Below, piece after piece: positions 8,775 to 17,175 of a DNA stretch of 24,125 bases (positions within the stretch are counted from its first letter, which is position 1; every line of letters starts with the position of its first letter). The translations under genes and the position numbers were made by a program. The notes beneath the pieces are model-generated. The model did no database searches. It had not been told where the DNA came from and worked only from the letters and a program-made list of their open reading frames with translations. Source of the DNA: a virus (lineage: Duplodnaviria; Caudoviricetes); the IMG/VR virus record IMGVR_UViG_3300009151_000382, positions 1 through 24,125 of that record. One strand, written 5' to 3'.

Positions 8775-8975
8775 TTAATAAATTTTACAACTTACATGAA
8801 GACTATATTTATAACCTTTTGCCCAATGTCTACCCTTAGTGACACGCAATAACCGAACTTTAAACCAAAGATGTTTTATTTGAGTAGTGCAGTTGTTTAG
8901 TTGCGTTGCTTGCTTAAAATGCTTGTCTTTATAGCCTTTAAATTCTCGATTGAAAGAACGAGGGTTGATTATCAT
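8775..8975 (-). CDS. Hypothetical basic protein
   Basis: 66 aa, tightly packed in the leftward operon. Confidence 0.55.
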   Translation of the reverse strand: MIINPRSFNREFKGYKDKHFKQATQLNNCTTQIKHLWFKVRLLRVTKGRHWAKGYKYSLHVSCKIY

Positions 8976-8977
8976 TG

Positions 8978-9217
8978 TTAATTAAAATTATAAGTGTTAA
9001 AATGTTCGATAATATAACTAAAACTATTCTCATGCCAATGTATGCCTTTTGTAACTTTCTTCATTCTTTTAACTGAATCATACAGCTTACTATTGTAGAA
9101 TTTGCACATTTCAAATCTTTCAGGGTAATATCCACATAAACTACATATCTGATAATCGTAATCAATCTCATCATAAGTCCTGCCACAATTAGGGCATGAT
9201 TCATATATTTTACTCAT
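8978..9217 (-). CDS. Zinc-ribbon protein
   Basis: CPNC-x12-CSLC near the N-terminus. Confidence 0.7.
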   Translation of the reverse strand: MSKIYESCPNCGRTYDEIDYDYQICSLCGYYPERFEMCKFYNSKLYDSVKRMKKVTKGIHWHENSFSYIIEHFNTYNFN

Positions 9218-9501
9218 AGCGTTGCTTTTAATTGTTCAATAATACTCAATAATTGCTTACCGTACACTTGATTACTGAATGCAGCGAGTTGTATATCTTC
9301 TTTGATTGAAGTTATTACGTTATCGAGTACATTAGGTTCATCTGGCATAGTTATTCTTTGTTCGTTGATTGATTGAAAGAATAAATCATCAAAATATTCC
9401 CCATTATTATACCAAACAAGCCCTGTGTAATACCTGCATACATAAACATTATTTTTTAATTTACACCAATACCAACCTTGTTTGCGTTTATTATTGTCCA
9501 T
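9214..9501 (-). CDS. Hypothetical protein
   Basis: Start reassigned to MDNNKRKQGWYW to remove a long overlap; GWYW motif is common in small phage proteins. Confidence 0.65.
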   Translation of the reverse strand: MDNNKRKQGWYWCKLKNNVYVCRYYTGLVWYNNGEYFDDLFFQSINEQRITMPDEPNVLDNVITSIKEDIQLAAFSNQVYGKQLLSIIEQLKATL

Positions 9502-9715
9502 TGTTATAATTTTTATTGTAATATTCCGCTCCCAATTCGGGCAAAAATTCAATTTTTTCAAAAGGTTGCGGCATCCACTTAGCGGCATCTATTATTTGCT
9601 GCTTTTCAATTTCTAAACAATCCCTTTTCAATAAGGTATAAAAACTAAAAGTTTCAATACTCATGTTGTGTTCGATATTCTCACAAAATATTTGTAGTGC
9701 TGTTTTATTTTCCAT
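9491..9715 (-). CDS. Hypothetical phage protein
   Basis: KTA...EIEKQQIIDA...AEYYNKNY pattern recalled from Bacteroidota phage early genes. Confidence 0.75.
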   Translation of the reverse strand: MENKTALQIFCENIEHNMSIETFSFYTLLKRDCLEIEKQQIIDAAKWMPQPFEKIEFLPELGAEYYNKNYNNGQ

Positions 9716-9860
9716 TGTTACTATATATTATTATTGAATAAACAGCATTCCAAACTCCTAAACCAATAAAACAACTACCTATGTGAGTAGTATTTGACAA
9801 GTATATAAGTTCAAGGAGTACTATGTTAATGATGAAATGAAATGATACTTTATTTGTCAT
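9705..9860 (-). CDS. 51-aa hydrophobic protein (not in ORF track)
   Basis: MTNKVSFHFIINIVLLELIY...; fills the gap exactly, with ATGA overlap to the upstream gene. Confidence 0.5.
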   Translation of the reverse strand: MTNKVSFHFIINIVLLELIYLSNTTHIGSCFIGLGVWNAVYSIIIYSNNGK

Positions 9861-10489
9861 AATTCTACGTTTAATTCTTTGCCTGTTAAAAAATAAAATA
9901 CATTTTGTAAAGTGTGCAAATACTTTACTTCAGTATTGCCACCAATCCAATCAACAAAAAAAGAATTGTGCCTAATCATTAAGGCAAATGAAAAGTTTGC
10001 ATAACATTCTTTCAATTCGCCAAAATCAATCCTGTTTGTTTTTTCAAACCCACATTTTAACAGTATATATTCTGTTAGGGGGATAGGTCCAATTGCATTA
10101 TAGTTTACATTTTCCCCTTTACTTGCAATTATTAATTTATTTTTAAGTGTAGTTACCTTTAAAAAAGTTTCATCTAAGGGGCATTTTACATAATTCCCTA
10201 TTCTCAATTCTTTACTTTCAATCATTGTAGTTAATAAACCTAATTGTTCAAAAAAATTACCTCTATTGTTATTTATGAAATTTATTGTATTTAATTTGCT
10301 ACCAATGTAAACTATTCTATCTTGTTGCATAACATAACATTCAGAGTAATAAAATGGTAAAGGCAAAATAAAATTTCTTCTTAATAAATCCATATCATCA
10401 TGTACATGAAGTTCTAAGTTACTATCAATTTCTTTGATGATAACTTTTTTATATCTATCAACTACTTCTTGTGGTATTTTATTATTCAT
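9857..10489 (-). CDS. Conserved phage protein (ELRIGN...LHxLQN type) with N-terminal extension
   Basis: C-terminal half contains ELRIGNYV, IPLTEYILLKCGF and YLHTLQNVFYFLTGKEL. Confidence 0.75.
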   Translation of the reverse strand: MNNKIPQEVVDRYKKVIIKEIDSNLELHVHDDMDLLRRNFILPLPFYYSECYVMQQDRIVYIGSKLNTINFINNNRGNFFEQLGLLTTMIESKELRIGNYVKCPLDETFLKVTTLKNKLIIASKGENVNYNAIGPIPLTEYILLKCGFEKTNRIDFGELKECYANFSFALMIRHNSFFVDWIGGNTEVKYLHTLQNVFYFLTGKELNVEL

Positions 10490-10766
10490 CTTTGTTTATT
10501 TTAATTGGTGATACTATATAATCATTTTTATCAATAGGCTTCAATCCATCCCATTTGCTGCCTTTATTAAGGTAATCTCTGTGAATGCTACCTTTACTCC
10601 AAGCGTCCGACAACAACGGGGTAACGGGGAATATTTTATTTTTTACTAATTGTAAAGACTTTACTTCCGATTGATAACCTCTATTTTTATAATACTTTAT
10701 TTCGCCATCTAACCACTCCAAATCAATACATCCGATTTGAGAGGGTAATAGTTCTTTATTTTCCAT
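10482..10766 (-). CDS. Hypothetical protein
   Basis: 94 aa with short overlaps to both neighbours. Confidence 0.65.
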   Translation of the reverse strand: MENKELLPSQIGCIDLEWLDGEIKYYKNRGYQSEVKSLQLVKNKIFPVTPLLSDAWSKGSIHRDYLNKGSKWDGLKPIDKNDYIVSPIKINKDE

Positions 10767-11100
10767 TAAATTCTATATTTTCATTATTCAATAAGGCTTC
10801 AATTATTGTTTCTACAAGTTCCCTTTTTTCGGGGGTTAATAGGTGCAGCAGGTTGTAAATGTTATCTATTGCTAATACATCACTTTGCCACTCATTATTG
10901 ATGCCGTCCTTAACTTCACGAGGGAAATCGAAAGATAAATGAGTAAGGAAGTTATCTTTCAATAATTCAATCCTATCTATCAATGTACTTTGTACTTGTC
11001 TTTTAAAAGTTGTATGTGACATTGATTTCACAACTTCAAAATTTAATTGTGCTTTTCTCAAATGGTGAAAGCCTTGTACTATGTTTGATGTTTCTGCCAT
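10756..11100 (-). CDS. Hypothetical protein
   Basis: 114 aa, predicted helical; ATTAAGATT start motif. Confidence 0.75.
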   Translation of the reverse strand: MAETSNIVQGFHHLRKAQLNFEVVKSMSHTTFKRQVQSTLIDRIELLKDNFLTHLSFDFPREVKDGINNEWQSDVLAIDNIYNLLHLLTPEKRELVETIIEALLNNENIEFNGK

Positions 11101-11113
11101 AATCTTAATGTTT

Positions 11114-11144
11114 TTAAAAAGAGGCAGCAGTAGAAACTGCCGCC
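11114..11144 (-). terminator. Intrinsic terminator or attenuator
   Basis: Minus-strand GGCGGCAG-UUUCUA-CUGCUGCC followed by UCUUUUU. Confidence 0.7.
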
Positions 11145-11156
11145 GTATGTACTCAA

Positions 11157-11411
11157 TTATTTGTTGTATTCTTTGATAATTTTTGTCTCAATATCATCGT
11201 AGTTATCATTTAACCACGTTTGAACACGGCTAGCATATTCATCGGGTACTTTCTCAAACTCAATGTTTTCTACTACTTCGTAAGTCTTAATAGTAGGTAG
11301 GTATTTTGCACCCCAATATTCCCCACCGTCTTCGCCTGTTTGCTCGGTGGTAACGTCACCGTAAAAAGTGACTTCTAGTAATTCGTCTATGTACTCAATA
11401 ATTGATGCCAT
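11157..11411 (-). CDS. Hypothetical acidic protein
   Basis: 84 aa, Asp/Glu-rich; TAATG coupling with the upstream gene. Confidence 0.7.
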   Translation of the reverse strand: MASIIEYIDELLEVTFYGDVTTEQTGEDGGEYWGAKYLPTIKTYEVVENIEFEKVPDEYASRVQTWLNDNYDDIETKIIKEYNK

Positions 11412-11608
11412 TATAAACGGTTTTTTAAATGTTCGTTAATTTGTTTTTCTGTTAGTTGATTGAGTAGTGAATCAATACCATCAACGCTATCAAGTATTTG
11501 CGATAAAATACTCTCATAATCTACGTTTGTACAAGTTACTTGTAGTACTCTTTTACGGTCACTGTGTGACTTAATTTGTGCATTTTCGCACTCGAATGTA
11601 ATGTCCAT
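11411..11608 (-). CDS. Hypothetical protein
   Basis: 65 aa; ATTAAGATT start motif. Confidence 0.7.
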   Translation of the reverse strand: MDITFECENAQIKSHSDRKRVLQVTCTNVDYESILSQILDSVDGIDSLLNQLTEKQINEHLKNRL

Positions 11609-11617
11609 AATCTTAAT

Positions 11618-11716
11618 TTAAAAGTTATCGTTATCGTTTGAGATAGGCAAAGAAAAATATCTTACTCCTATCATTTCTGCTACTATTAGCAAGGTAATCG
11701 TTATTGTAATCCACAT
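11618..11716 (-). CDS. 32-aa membrane peptide (not in ORF track)
   Basis: MWITITITLLIVAEMIGVRYFSLPISNDNDNF; fills the gap between its neighbours. Confidence 0.5.
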   Translation of the reverse strand: MWITITITLLIVAEMIGVRYFSLPISNDNDNF

Positions 11717-11718
11717 GA

Positions 11719-12414
11719 TTAAGGGTTTAAATGATTGTGAAATTGACGAATTGCGTTAATATAGTATTCGTATTCTTTTATTTGTTCTCCCGAATAATTA
11801 TGTTTTATACCGATAATTTTAAAATTAGTCTCCCATTCTGAAATAGTAAAAGACTGACATCCTATTTGTATTTTATCTTCACCCCAATAATAAACTGAAT
11901 GATTTGAACCACAAAAAAACAAAGTTTTGACTTTTACATTATCACCTATTTCGCTATTATAACCTATTACACTATTATAACCTATTCGGCTATTATCACC
12001 TATTTCGCTATTAGAACCTATTCGGCTATTAGAACCTATTGCACTATTATAACCTATTACACTATTAGAACCTATTACACTATTATCACCTATTACACTA
12101 TTAGAACCTATTACACTATTATCACCTATTCGGCTATTATCACCTATTTCGCTATTATAACCTATTACACTATTAGAACCTATTCGGCTATTAGAACCTA
12201 TTACACTATTATAACCTATTCGGCTATTATCACCTATTTCGCTATTATAACCTATTACACTATTATCACCTATTCGGCTATTATCACCTATTTCGCTATT
12301 AGAACCTATTGATATATTTCTTTCTTTTAACTCATTCGATATATTCTCAAATGTTTCATACTCGAAAGGTTCATAACCTTTACCATTAACCCATAATCTT
12401 AATACTTTTTTCAT
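11719..12414 (-). CDS. Hexapeptide-repeat (left-handed beta-helix) protein
   Basis: 21 x-I-G-x-N-S hexapeptides followed by an IQIGC...EW C-terminal domain. Confidence 0.85.
   Translation of the reverse strand: MKKVLRLWVNGKGYEPFEYETFENISNELKERNISIGSNSEIGDNSRIGDNSVIGYNSEIGDNSRIGYNSVIGSNSRIGSNSVIGYNSEIGDNSRIGDNSVIGSNSVIGDNSVIGSNSVIGYNSAIGSNSRIGSNSEIGDNSRIGYNSVIGYNSEIGDNVKVKTLFFCGSNHSVYYWGEDKIQIGCQSFTISEWETNFKIIGIKHNYSGEQIKEYEYYINAIRQFHNHLNP
11935..12312 (-). repeat. 18-bp coding tandem repeat, 21 units
   Basis: Minus-strand unit (GAA/CGA/GTA/GCA) ATA GGT (GAT/TAT/TCT) AAT AGY. Confidence 0.95.
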
Positions 12415-12435
12415 TTTTGTTTTATTTATTTTTGT

Positions 12436-12627
12436 TTATAAAATGCCTGTTATTTGTTCAGTATGTAGTGATTCTATTTGCTTACACAAATTTACTATTT
12501 CTTCATTGTACTTTGCAACCTGTGATTTATAGAAATTCGAGCCTTCAAGTACATTGTTATTTCGTGTAAAGTCATTGTACATTTCAGCCTTCTTTTCAAG
12601 TTGCTTAATTAGTTGTACGTTCTGCAT
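12436..12627 (-). CDS. Hypothetical coiled-coil protein
   Basis: 63-aa ORF within the operon. Confidence 0.65.
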   Translation of the reverse strand: MQNVQLIKQLEKKAEMYNDFTRNNNVLEGSNFYKSQVAKYNEEIVNLCKQIESLHTEQITGIL

Positions 12628-12763
12628 TATATTGCTTTTTAAGGTGATTAACTTGTTGCCTTAAATAGACAACTTTTTTGTCATTTCTAGGCACTTCTTT
12701 GAGTGCATCTTCCAATAGTTCGGGAAGGAAAGTTTGTCGGTAATACTGTAGTAATTCTTTCAT
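12605..12763 (-). CDS. 52-aa hypothetical protein (not in ORF track)
   Basis: MKELLQYYRQTFLPELLEDALKEVPRNDKK...; fills the gap. Confidence 0.55.
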   Translation of the reverse strand: MKELLQYYRQTFLPELLEDALKEVPRNDKKVVYLRQQVNHLKKQYNAERTTN

Positions 12764-12777
12764 ATAGTTAAATTTGT

Positions 12778-12798
12778 AGGCGGTTGTTTATGCCGCCT
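12778..12798. other. GC-rich intergenic hairpin
   Basis: AGGCGG-N9-CCGCCT with no convincing U-tract. Confidence 0.45.
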
Positions 12799-12809
12799 GT
12801 GTGATGGGA

Positions 12810-12971
12810 TTAAGCTTGTATTTTTTTTGCTAATATTGACAAGTCTTTGTTTGACATAAATATCAAATCAAAAAAAGTTTTTATTTCTACTTTTTTATTT
12901 GATACCTGATTTATTTTAGTTAGTATTTTATTAACTAAAACTTTTTTATTTTCAAATGTCGCTTGTGTCAT
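12810..12971 (-). CDS. Hypothetical protein, first gene after a leftward promoter
   Basis: Start reassigned to MTQATF, preceded by TTTAAGATT; the track's upstream extension overlaps a promoter. Confidence 0.65.
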   Translation of the reverse strand: MTQATFENKKVLVNKILTKINQVSNKKVEIKTFFDLIFMSNKDLSILAKKIQA

Positions 12972-13005
12972 AATCTTAAATTTTTTATTTGTTACTAATG
13001 AGACA

Positions 13006-13049
13006 CAAATATATAACTTATTTGATAACAACAAGTTTATTTGCAAATA
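13006..13049 (-). promoter_or_regulatory. Bacteroidota sigma70-type promoter with adjacent palindrome
   Basis: Minus-strand CTTG-N18-TATATTTG (13006-13035); perfect palindrome TATTTGCAAATA at 13038-13049. Confidence 0.6.
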
Positions 13050-13124
13050 TTTTTGGATTATTTTTTAATCAATAATACAATCAATTCAATTATGCAAATT
13101 ATAACGGATAATTTTATTAGTCTA

Positions 13125-13331
13125 TCATTCGCTTTTTTGTAGCCCATTACTTTCTATTTTACTCGGATTTTGTGGGTAAGGCAACTCAGGGCGTTTGCCT
13201 TTGGGGTAGGCGATGCAAAGGGTATGAAGTGAAAAATATGTTTTAACTCTATCATATCCTAATACAACATGAGTACCATTTACTTTGCAATATTGTATAA
13301 AAATGTCATTTTCTTTTATTCTTGCTACCAT
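13125..13331 (-). CDS. Hypothetical protein
   Basis: 68 aa following the HTH gene. Confidence 0.55.
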   Translation of the reverse strand: MVARIKENDIFIQYCKVNGTHVVLGYDRVKTYFSLHTLCIAYPKGKRPELPYPQNPSKIESNGLQKSE

Positions 13332-13335
13332 ACAT

Positions 13336-13560
13336 TTAATTTTCTAAAAGTTCAAAAATATCTTTACTACTATTACCTAACAATACTGCAATACAACTAA
13401 GTGCATCTATCTTAGTCAATGAGCCTTTGCAGCTATTTTTATTAATAAGTAGTTGAACGTTCCATTCTGACATGGGCTTATTCTTACTCAATGCCTCCGC
13501 TATTTTAAGCCTTACATCACGGTTGTTAATGCGTTCGATAACGCTTTGTTTTAATTTCAT
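13336..13560 (-). CDS. Cro/XRE-like HTH DNA-binding protein
   Basis: RLKIAEAL...SEWNVQLLI...LTKIDAL..IA..LG....IF helical pattern. Confidence 0.55.
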   Translation of the reverse strand: MKLKQSVIERINNRDVRLKIAEALSKNKPMSEWNVQLLINKNSCKGSLTKIDALSCIAVLLGNSSKDIFELLEN

Positions 13561-13844
13561 AAATTCAAATTGGTTATACTGTTTGATAATAATGTTAATG
13601 ACTTTTCAATAGGCTCGTTTAAAATAGCGTACTCAATTCGCACCCTATCATTTATGTAAGTCCACTCCTTTATATGCTGCCACTTAGAGCGGTCAATATC
13701 TCGGTAAACTATCCAAACATCAAAAAGAAAGTCTCTTGAATGTTCGGCACTCATTCCGTAATATTCAATATGTAACAAGTCCATTATTAGACGGTACTTT
13801 AATCCTGCGAATTTTGCTAGGGTTTTGATTTGTTGATTAGTCAT
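13557..13844 (-). CDS. Hypothetical protein
   Basis: Start reassigned to MTNQQIK, 1 nt after the GNAT stop. Confidence 0.65.
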   Translation of the reverse strand: MTNQQIKTLAKFAGLKYRLIMDLLHIEYYGMSAEHSRDFLFDVWIVYRDIDRSKWQHIKEWTYINDRVRIEYAILNEPIEKSLTLLSNSITNLNL

Positions 13845-13845
13845 A

Positions 13846-14133
13846 TTAATAAGGATTATTTTGCATTTCAAAACCAAAATCATTACTTCCTGCAACAACT
13901 TCAAATCCAAAAAATTTATAAAAATCTACTAACTTTTCAGTTGAAACGCTATCATCCTGACCGTAAGCATGAAGGCTGATAAATTTGCCGTAATTATCTG
14001 ACATAAATTTTTTCATTGCTTTTTTTGCAAACCCTTGTCCACGATATAAGGTAGATACTTCAATCATATCTATTATTATTTCGTCTTCTTCTATACTATA
14101 TGTAATAACGCAATTTTCTGTTTCTTGTCTCAT
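13846..14133 (-). CDS. GNAT-family N-acetyltransferase
   Basis: Motif A IEV...YRGQGFAKKAM (R/Q-x-x-G-x-A) and motif B LVDFYKFFGF. Confidence 0.9.
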   Translation of the reverse strand: MRQETENCVITYSIEEDEIIIDMIEVSTLYRGQGFAKKAMKKFMSDNYGKFISLHAYGQDDSVSTEKLVDFYKFFGFEVVAGSNDFGFEMQNNPY

Positions 14134-14151
14134 ATCCTTAATAACTTTTTA

Positions 14152-14181
14152 CAAATATATACAATCTTTTTAAATTCCAAA
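14152..14181 (-). promoter_or_regulatory. Leftward early promoter
   Basis: Minus-strand TTTG-N18-TATATTTG. Confidence 0.65.
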
Positions 14182-14198
14182 ATAAATTTGCAAAAATA

Positions 14199-14229
14199 TT
14201 TGTTTTATATTTTTAGAGTTGTATATTTG
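14199..14229 (+). promoter_or_regulatory. Rightward promoter
   Basis: TTTG (14199-14202)-N19-TATATTTG (14222-14229) matches the Bacteroidota -33/-7 consensus. Confidence 0.75.
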
Positions 14230-14252
14230 CACTTCACAAAACAATTAAGATT

Positions 14253-14957
14253 ATGAATAATGAATTACAGACCACAGGCACAAACGCACTTGCACAAATG
14301 GCGCAAAATGCAAGTGCAATAGAATCATTTAGGATTGCGTGCCAAAATTTTAACAGCAAATTACATTCAAATCCTTCACTCGAAAGTTTAGACAAAACAC
14401 CTGACGGACGGGCGCAAACAGTAACGATAAGTCACATTGAAATGACTTTAGATGAATTGTTTTTTGGCTTATGGGAAACCGATAACTTTCGTTGGGCGCA
14501 AATAGGGAACGAAGTTGTAGGGGCAATAGACTTAAAAGTGTTTCACCCCGTTGTTAATGGATGGTTGAAAAGACAAGGGGCGGCATCAATCGTTATAATG
14601 GTAGATAAAGCACCCGAGGGAATGACACAACAGGAAAAAAATCAATGGGCTTTGAATAGCTCAAACAAAAAAAGCAATGCCTTAGATATGGCATTCCCTA
14701 AATTAAAGGCTGAATGTTTGAAAAATGCTGCACAGTCATTAGGTAAACTTTTCGGACGTGACCTTAATAGGAAAAAACAAGACGGTTATAACCCATTAAT
14801 CAAGCCGCAACAAACTACACTAGAGGAATTAACGGCACTATTCGAAGAAAAAAAAGCGTTTATTCCTGCTACATCATTGCCTACTTATCAATTAATTATT
14901 GATACTAAGGAGATACAGTCATACACAAAATTATTCAAGTACCTTCAAACTTTATAA
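14253..14957 (+). CDS. Rad52/Sak-like single-strand annealing protein
   Basis: IEMTLDELFFGLW and KAECLKNAAQSLGKLFGRDLNRK; adjacent to an exonuclease gene. Confidence 0.75.
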   Translation: MNNELQTTGTNALAQMAQNASAIESFRIACQNFNSKLHSNPSLESLDKTPDGRAQTVTISHIEMTLDELFFGLWETDNFRWAQIGNEVVGAIDLKVFHPVVNGWLKRQGAASIVIMVDKAPEGMTQQEKNQWALNSSNKKSNALDMAFPKLKAECLKNAAQSLGKLFGRDLNRKKQDGYNPLIKPQQTTLEELTALFEEKKAFIPATSLPTYQLIIDTKEIQSYTKLFKYLQTL

Positions 14958-14958
14958 A

Positions 14959-15690
14959 ATGGACAACACTAAAAGAAACGGAAACTTTACAAGTAGCGAA
15001 ATAGTCGCGCTTACAAGCAACCCGACTGTAAAGGCTAAGGCAAACGGTGAAATATTTGGCGCACCTGCTTTTACTTATATTGAAGAAAAACGTTTTGAAA
15101 GAAAGCTAAATTTGCCGATTGACATTGAAAGCAACGCAAAGCCGCTAACCTGGGGGAAACTTTGCGAATACAGGATTATTGATTTAGTGTCATTTGATTA
15201 TCGTGTAACTTCACAGGAAACCGACACACACCCGACTATTGACTATTGGCGTGGCTCTAAAGATGCAATAAAGAATGATAAAGGCGGCACTATTGTAGAT
15301 TTCAAATGTCCGATGACACGAAAATCATTTTGTCAATTGGTAGAACCACTTTACAACGGTTGCGATAATCCTATTCAATACATTAGGGATAACCACAAAG
15401 ACGGTGAAAAGTACTACTGGCAGTTAGTTAGTAATGCAATTATCAATAATTGTAAGTACGGCGAATTGATTGTTTATATGCCTTATTTAAGCGAACTTGC
15501 ATGTATTCAAGACTTAGCACTAGAGTATGGTACAAAGTGGATACAATGGGCTGAAATTAACGAACTGCCGTATATCTTAGATGATGGCTATTACAAGAAT
15601 GTAAACGTTATCCGTTTTGAGATTCCCGAAAGTGACAAAGATTTCTTAACTAACCGTGTAATTGAAGCGGGTAAATATTTATTAAAATGA
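14959..15690 (+). CDS. YqaJ/lambda-exonuclease-like nuclease
   Basis: Start reassigned to MDNTKR; RNGNFTSSE, WG..CE, GSKDA, DFKCP and YYWQL motifs of the PD-(D/E)xK fold. Confidence 0.85.
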   Translation: MDNTKRNGNFTSSEIVALTSNPTVKAKANGEIFGAPAFTYIEEKRFERKLNLPIDIESNAKPLTWGKLCEYRIIDLVSFDYRVTSQETDTHPTIDYWRGSKDAIKNDKGGTIVDFKCPMTRKSFCQLVEPLYNGCDNPIQYIRDNHKDGEKYYWQLVSNAIINNCKYGELIVYMPYLSELACIQDLALEYGTKWIQWAEINELPYILDDGYYKNVNVIRFEIPESDKDFLTNRVIEAGKYLLK

Positions 15691-15920
15691 CAAACGAAGA
15701 AAAAGAGAAAGTACAAGCGATTAAGTTTGCGCAAATTAGCGGCACTTTCGATGCAGCCCGTAAATTGCAATGTCACCCACGAAACCCGACATTTATAGGT
15801 CTTTTAACTGAATTACTAGGTAACGATGAAGACCTTAAAATAAAGGCTCGTATCATGTTAGTAGAATATGATAAGGAATATAACGCAACAATTATAAGCA
15901 ATGGCACAACAGCGAAATAA
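15687..15920 (+). CDS. Hypothetical protein
   Basis: 77 aa with ATGA-type overlap. Confidence 0.65.
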   Translation: MTNEEKEKVQAIKFAQISGTFDAARKLQCHPRNPTFIGLLTELLGNDEDLKIKARIMLVEYDKEYNATIISNGTTAK

Positions 15921-16098
15921 ATACGGCTACCCTATCACAGCAATTGAGAGCGAAACTAAAAAAGGTTTTGTTGATTTTGATAAACTCAATACTTTATTAG
16001 GTTTCTTTGCAATTGCTGACAGGACAAGCAGGGCAACAACAATTAATAAAACGTATAAAACAAAGAACAATGTCACGAACAGGACAAAGAATGAATAG
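15901..16098 (+). CDS. Hypothetical protein
   Basis: 65 aa with short overlaps to both neighbours. Confidence 0.55.
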   Translation: MAQQRNKYGYPITAIESETKKGFVDFDKLNTLLGFFAIADRTSRATTINKTYKTKNNVTNRTKNE

Positions 16099-16249
16099 GC
16101 TAAAGTATGCTGATTTTCGACCCTGTAAGGTAATATTAGCAGCGAAAAGGCTATCTGAAAAAAGGTTAGGTAAGTGGTACGAAACACGACAACCTAATAG
16201 ATTGCAAAGAACAATAATAAATAATCACTTTAAAAAAGTTATGTTATGA
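16091..16249 (+). CDS. Hypothetical basic protein
   Basis: Start reassigned to MNRLKY; ATGA overlap with the next gene. Confidence 0.5.
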   Translation: MNRLKYADFRPCKVILAAKRLSEKRLGKWYETRQPNRLQRTIINNHFKKVML

Positions 16250-16773
16250 AATGGAAAGATGATTTTATTGCATTTGTTGGCAATGAAACAGGAATATTAA
16301 ATTATCCTCCTCACGGTAAAAGAATCACAAAATCCGAATACCTTAAATTAACAGGTCGTGAACCGTTGCAACGGAATTGGAAGGGGGTAAGGTTTAGAAT
16401 GGTAGAAAGTTTTATTACAAAATATTGTGTAATAACAAAAAAAGATAGTTCAAATTATTACATTGAAGGTAAATCTGGAGGTTGTGATTTTAGGCAACAA
16501 AGAAATATTGATGAAGTCAATAAAAACTTTGAAAACGGAACATGGATTGAACTCAAGGAAGAACCTACTAATGCAAAAGAACTAATTGCAGACCCTACTT
16601 ATTACACCCCTAATTACTTAGTTGATGCAATTAGTAACATCCACGTTGAACGCCCTAATACACTAGAGGATAGAGTTAAGGAACTTGAAAAAGAAGTTGA
16701 AATGTTGCCTAAGTTATTTGAAAAATTAGATGAATTATTATCAATCCTAAATAAAAGACATGGAGATAAATAA
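16246..16773 (+). CDS. Hypothetical protein with C-terminal coiled coil
   Basis: 175 aa; TLEDRVKELEKEV. Confidence 0.75.
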   Translation: MKWKDDFIAFVGNETGILNYPPHGKRITKSEYLKLTGREPLQRNWKGVRFRMVESFITKYCVITKKDSSNYYIEGKSGGCDFRQQRNIDEVNKNFENGTWIELKEEPTNAKELIADPTYYTPNYLVDAISNIHVERPNTLEDRVKELEKEVEMLPKLFEKLDELLSILNKRHGDK

Positions 16774-16936
16774 AATACAAGTCGATATTATTAAGAAAAA
16801 CATCATAATAGCCGACAACGATAATATCCCTTTTGTTGAACACGTTTTCATCCCCCTAGAAGATTGGAACGTAGTTAAAAGTTACATAGATTCACAAATT
16901 AAACTAAAAAGTAAGGCTACTGACAGCCAGGAATAA
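16760..16936 (+). CDS. 58-aa hypothetical protein (not in ORF track)
   Basis: MEINKIQVDII...FIPLEDWNVVKSYIDSQI; fills the gap and resembles ORF 18752. Confidence 0.65.
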   Translation: MEINKIQVDIIKKNIIIADNDNIPFVEHVFIPLEDWNVVKSYIDSQIKLKSKATDSQE

Positions 16937-16938
16937 TT

Positions 16939-17175
16939 ATGGAAAATGAAATAACAAAACAAACAATGGCAGACAAATTTAATGCTATTTATGAAATTGC
17001 AATGGCAACTTCACGCAAGTTAGACCAACAAAAAATTAAAGTAGAACACGCAAAGGCTACAGCATCACTAATGAAACAAGCTAATAATGTTTTAGTATGT
17101 CAATTAGATGCAGCTAAATTTATTAGAGATTCAAAAGAAACATCAAAAGATTTATTAAATGAAGTCGGGTTGTAA
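16939..17175 (+). CDS. Hypothetical helical phage protein
   Basis: 78 aa; KIKVEHAKA...N...QLDAAK pattern. Confidence 0.7.
   Translation: MENEITKQTMADKFNAIYEIAMATSRKLDQQKIKVEHAKATASLMKQANNVLVCQLDAAKFIRDSKETSKDLLNEVGL

Noticed and set aside
6737-11140. Cas12a repeat mimic (TTTCTACT in hairpin loops)
   Set aside because: Only 8 nt match, the closing GTAGAT arm is missing, and terminator stems explain the context.
11935-12312. CRISPR array
   Set aside because: Units are contiguous 18-mers with no unique spacers, lie in frame within an ORF, and no cas genes are present.
15591-16187. Minus-strand ORFs 15591-15776 and 15927-16187
   Set aside because: Antisense shadows; the hydrophobicity of the second reflects the A-rich plus strand.
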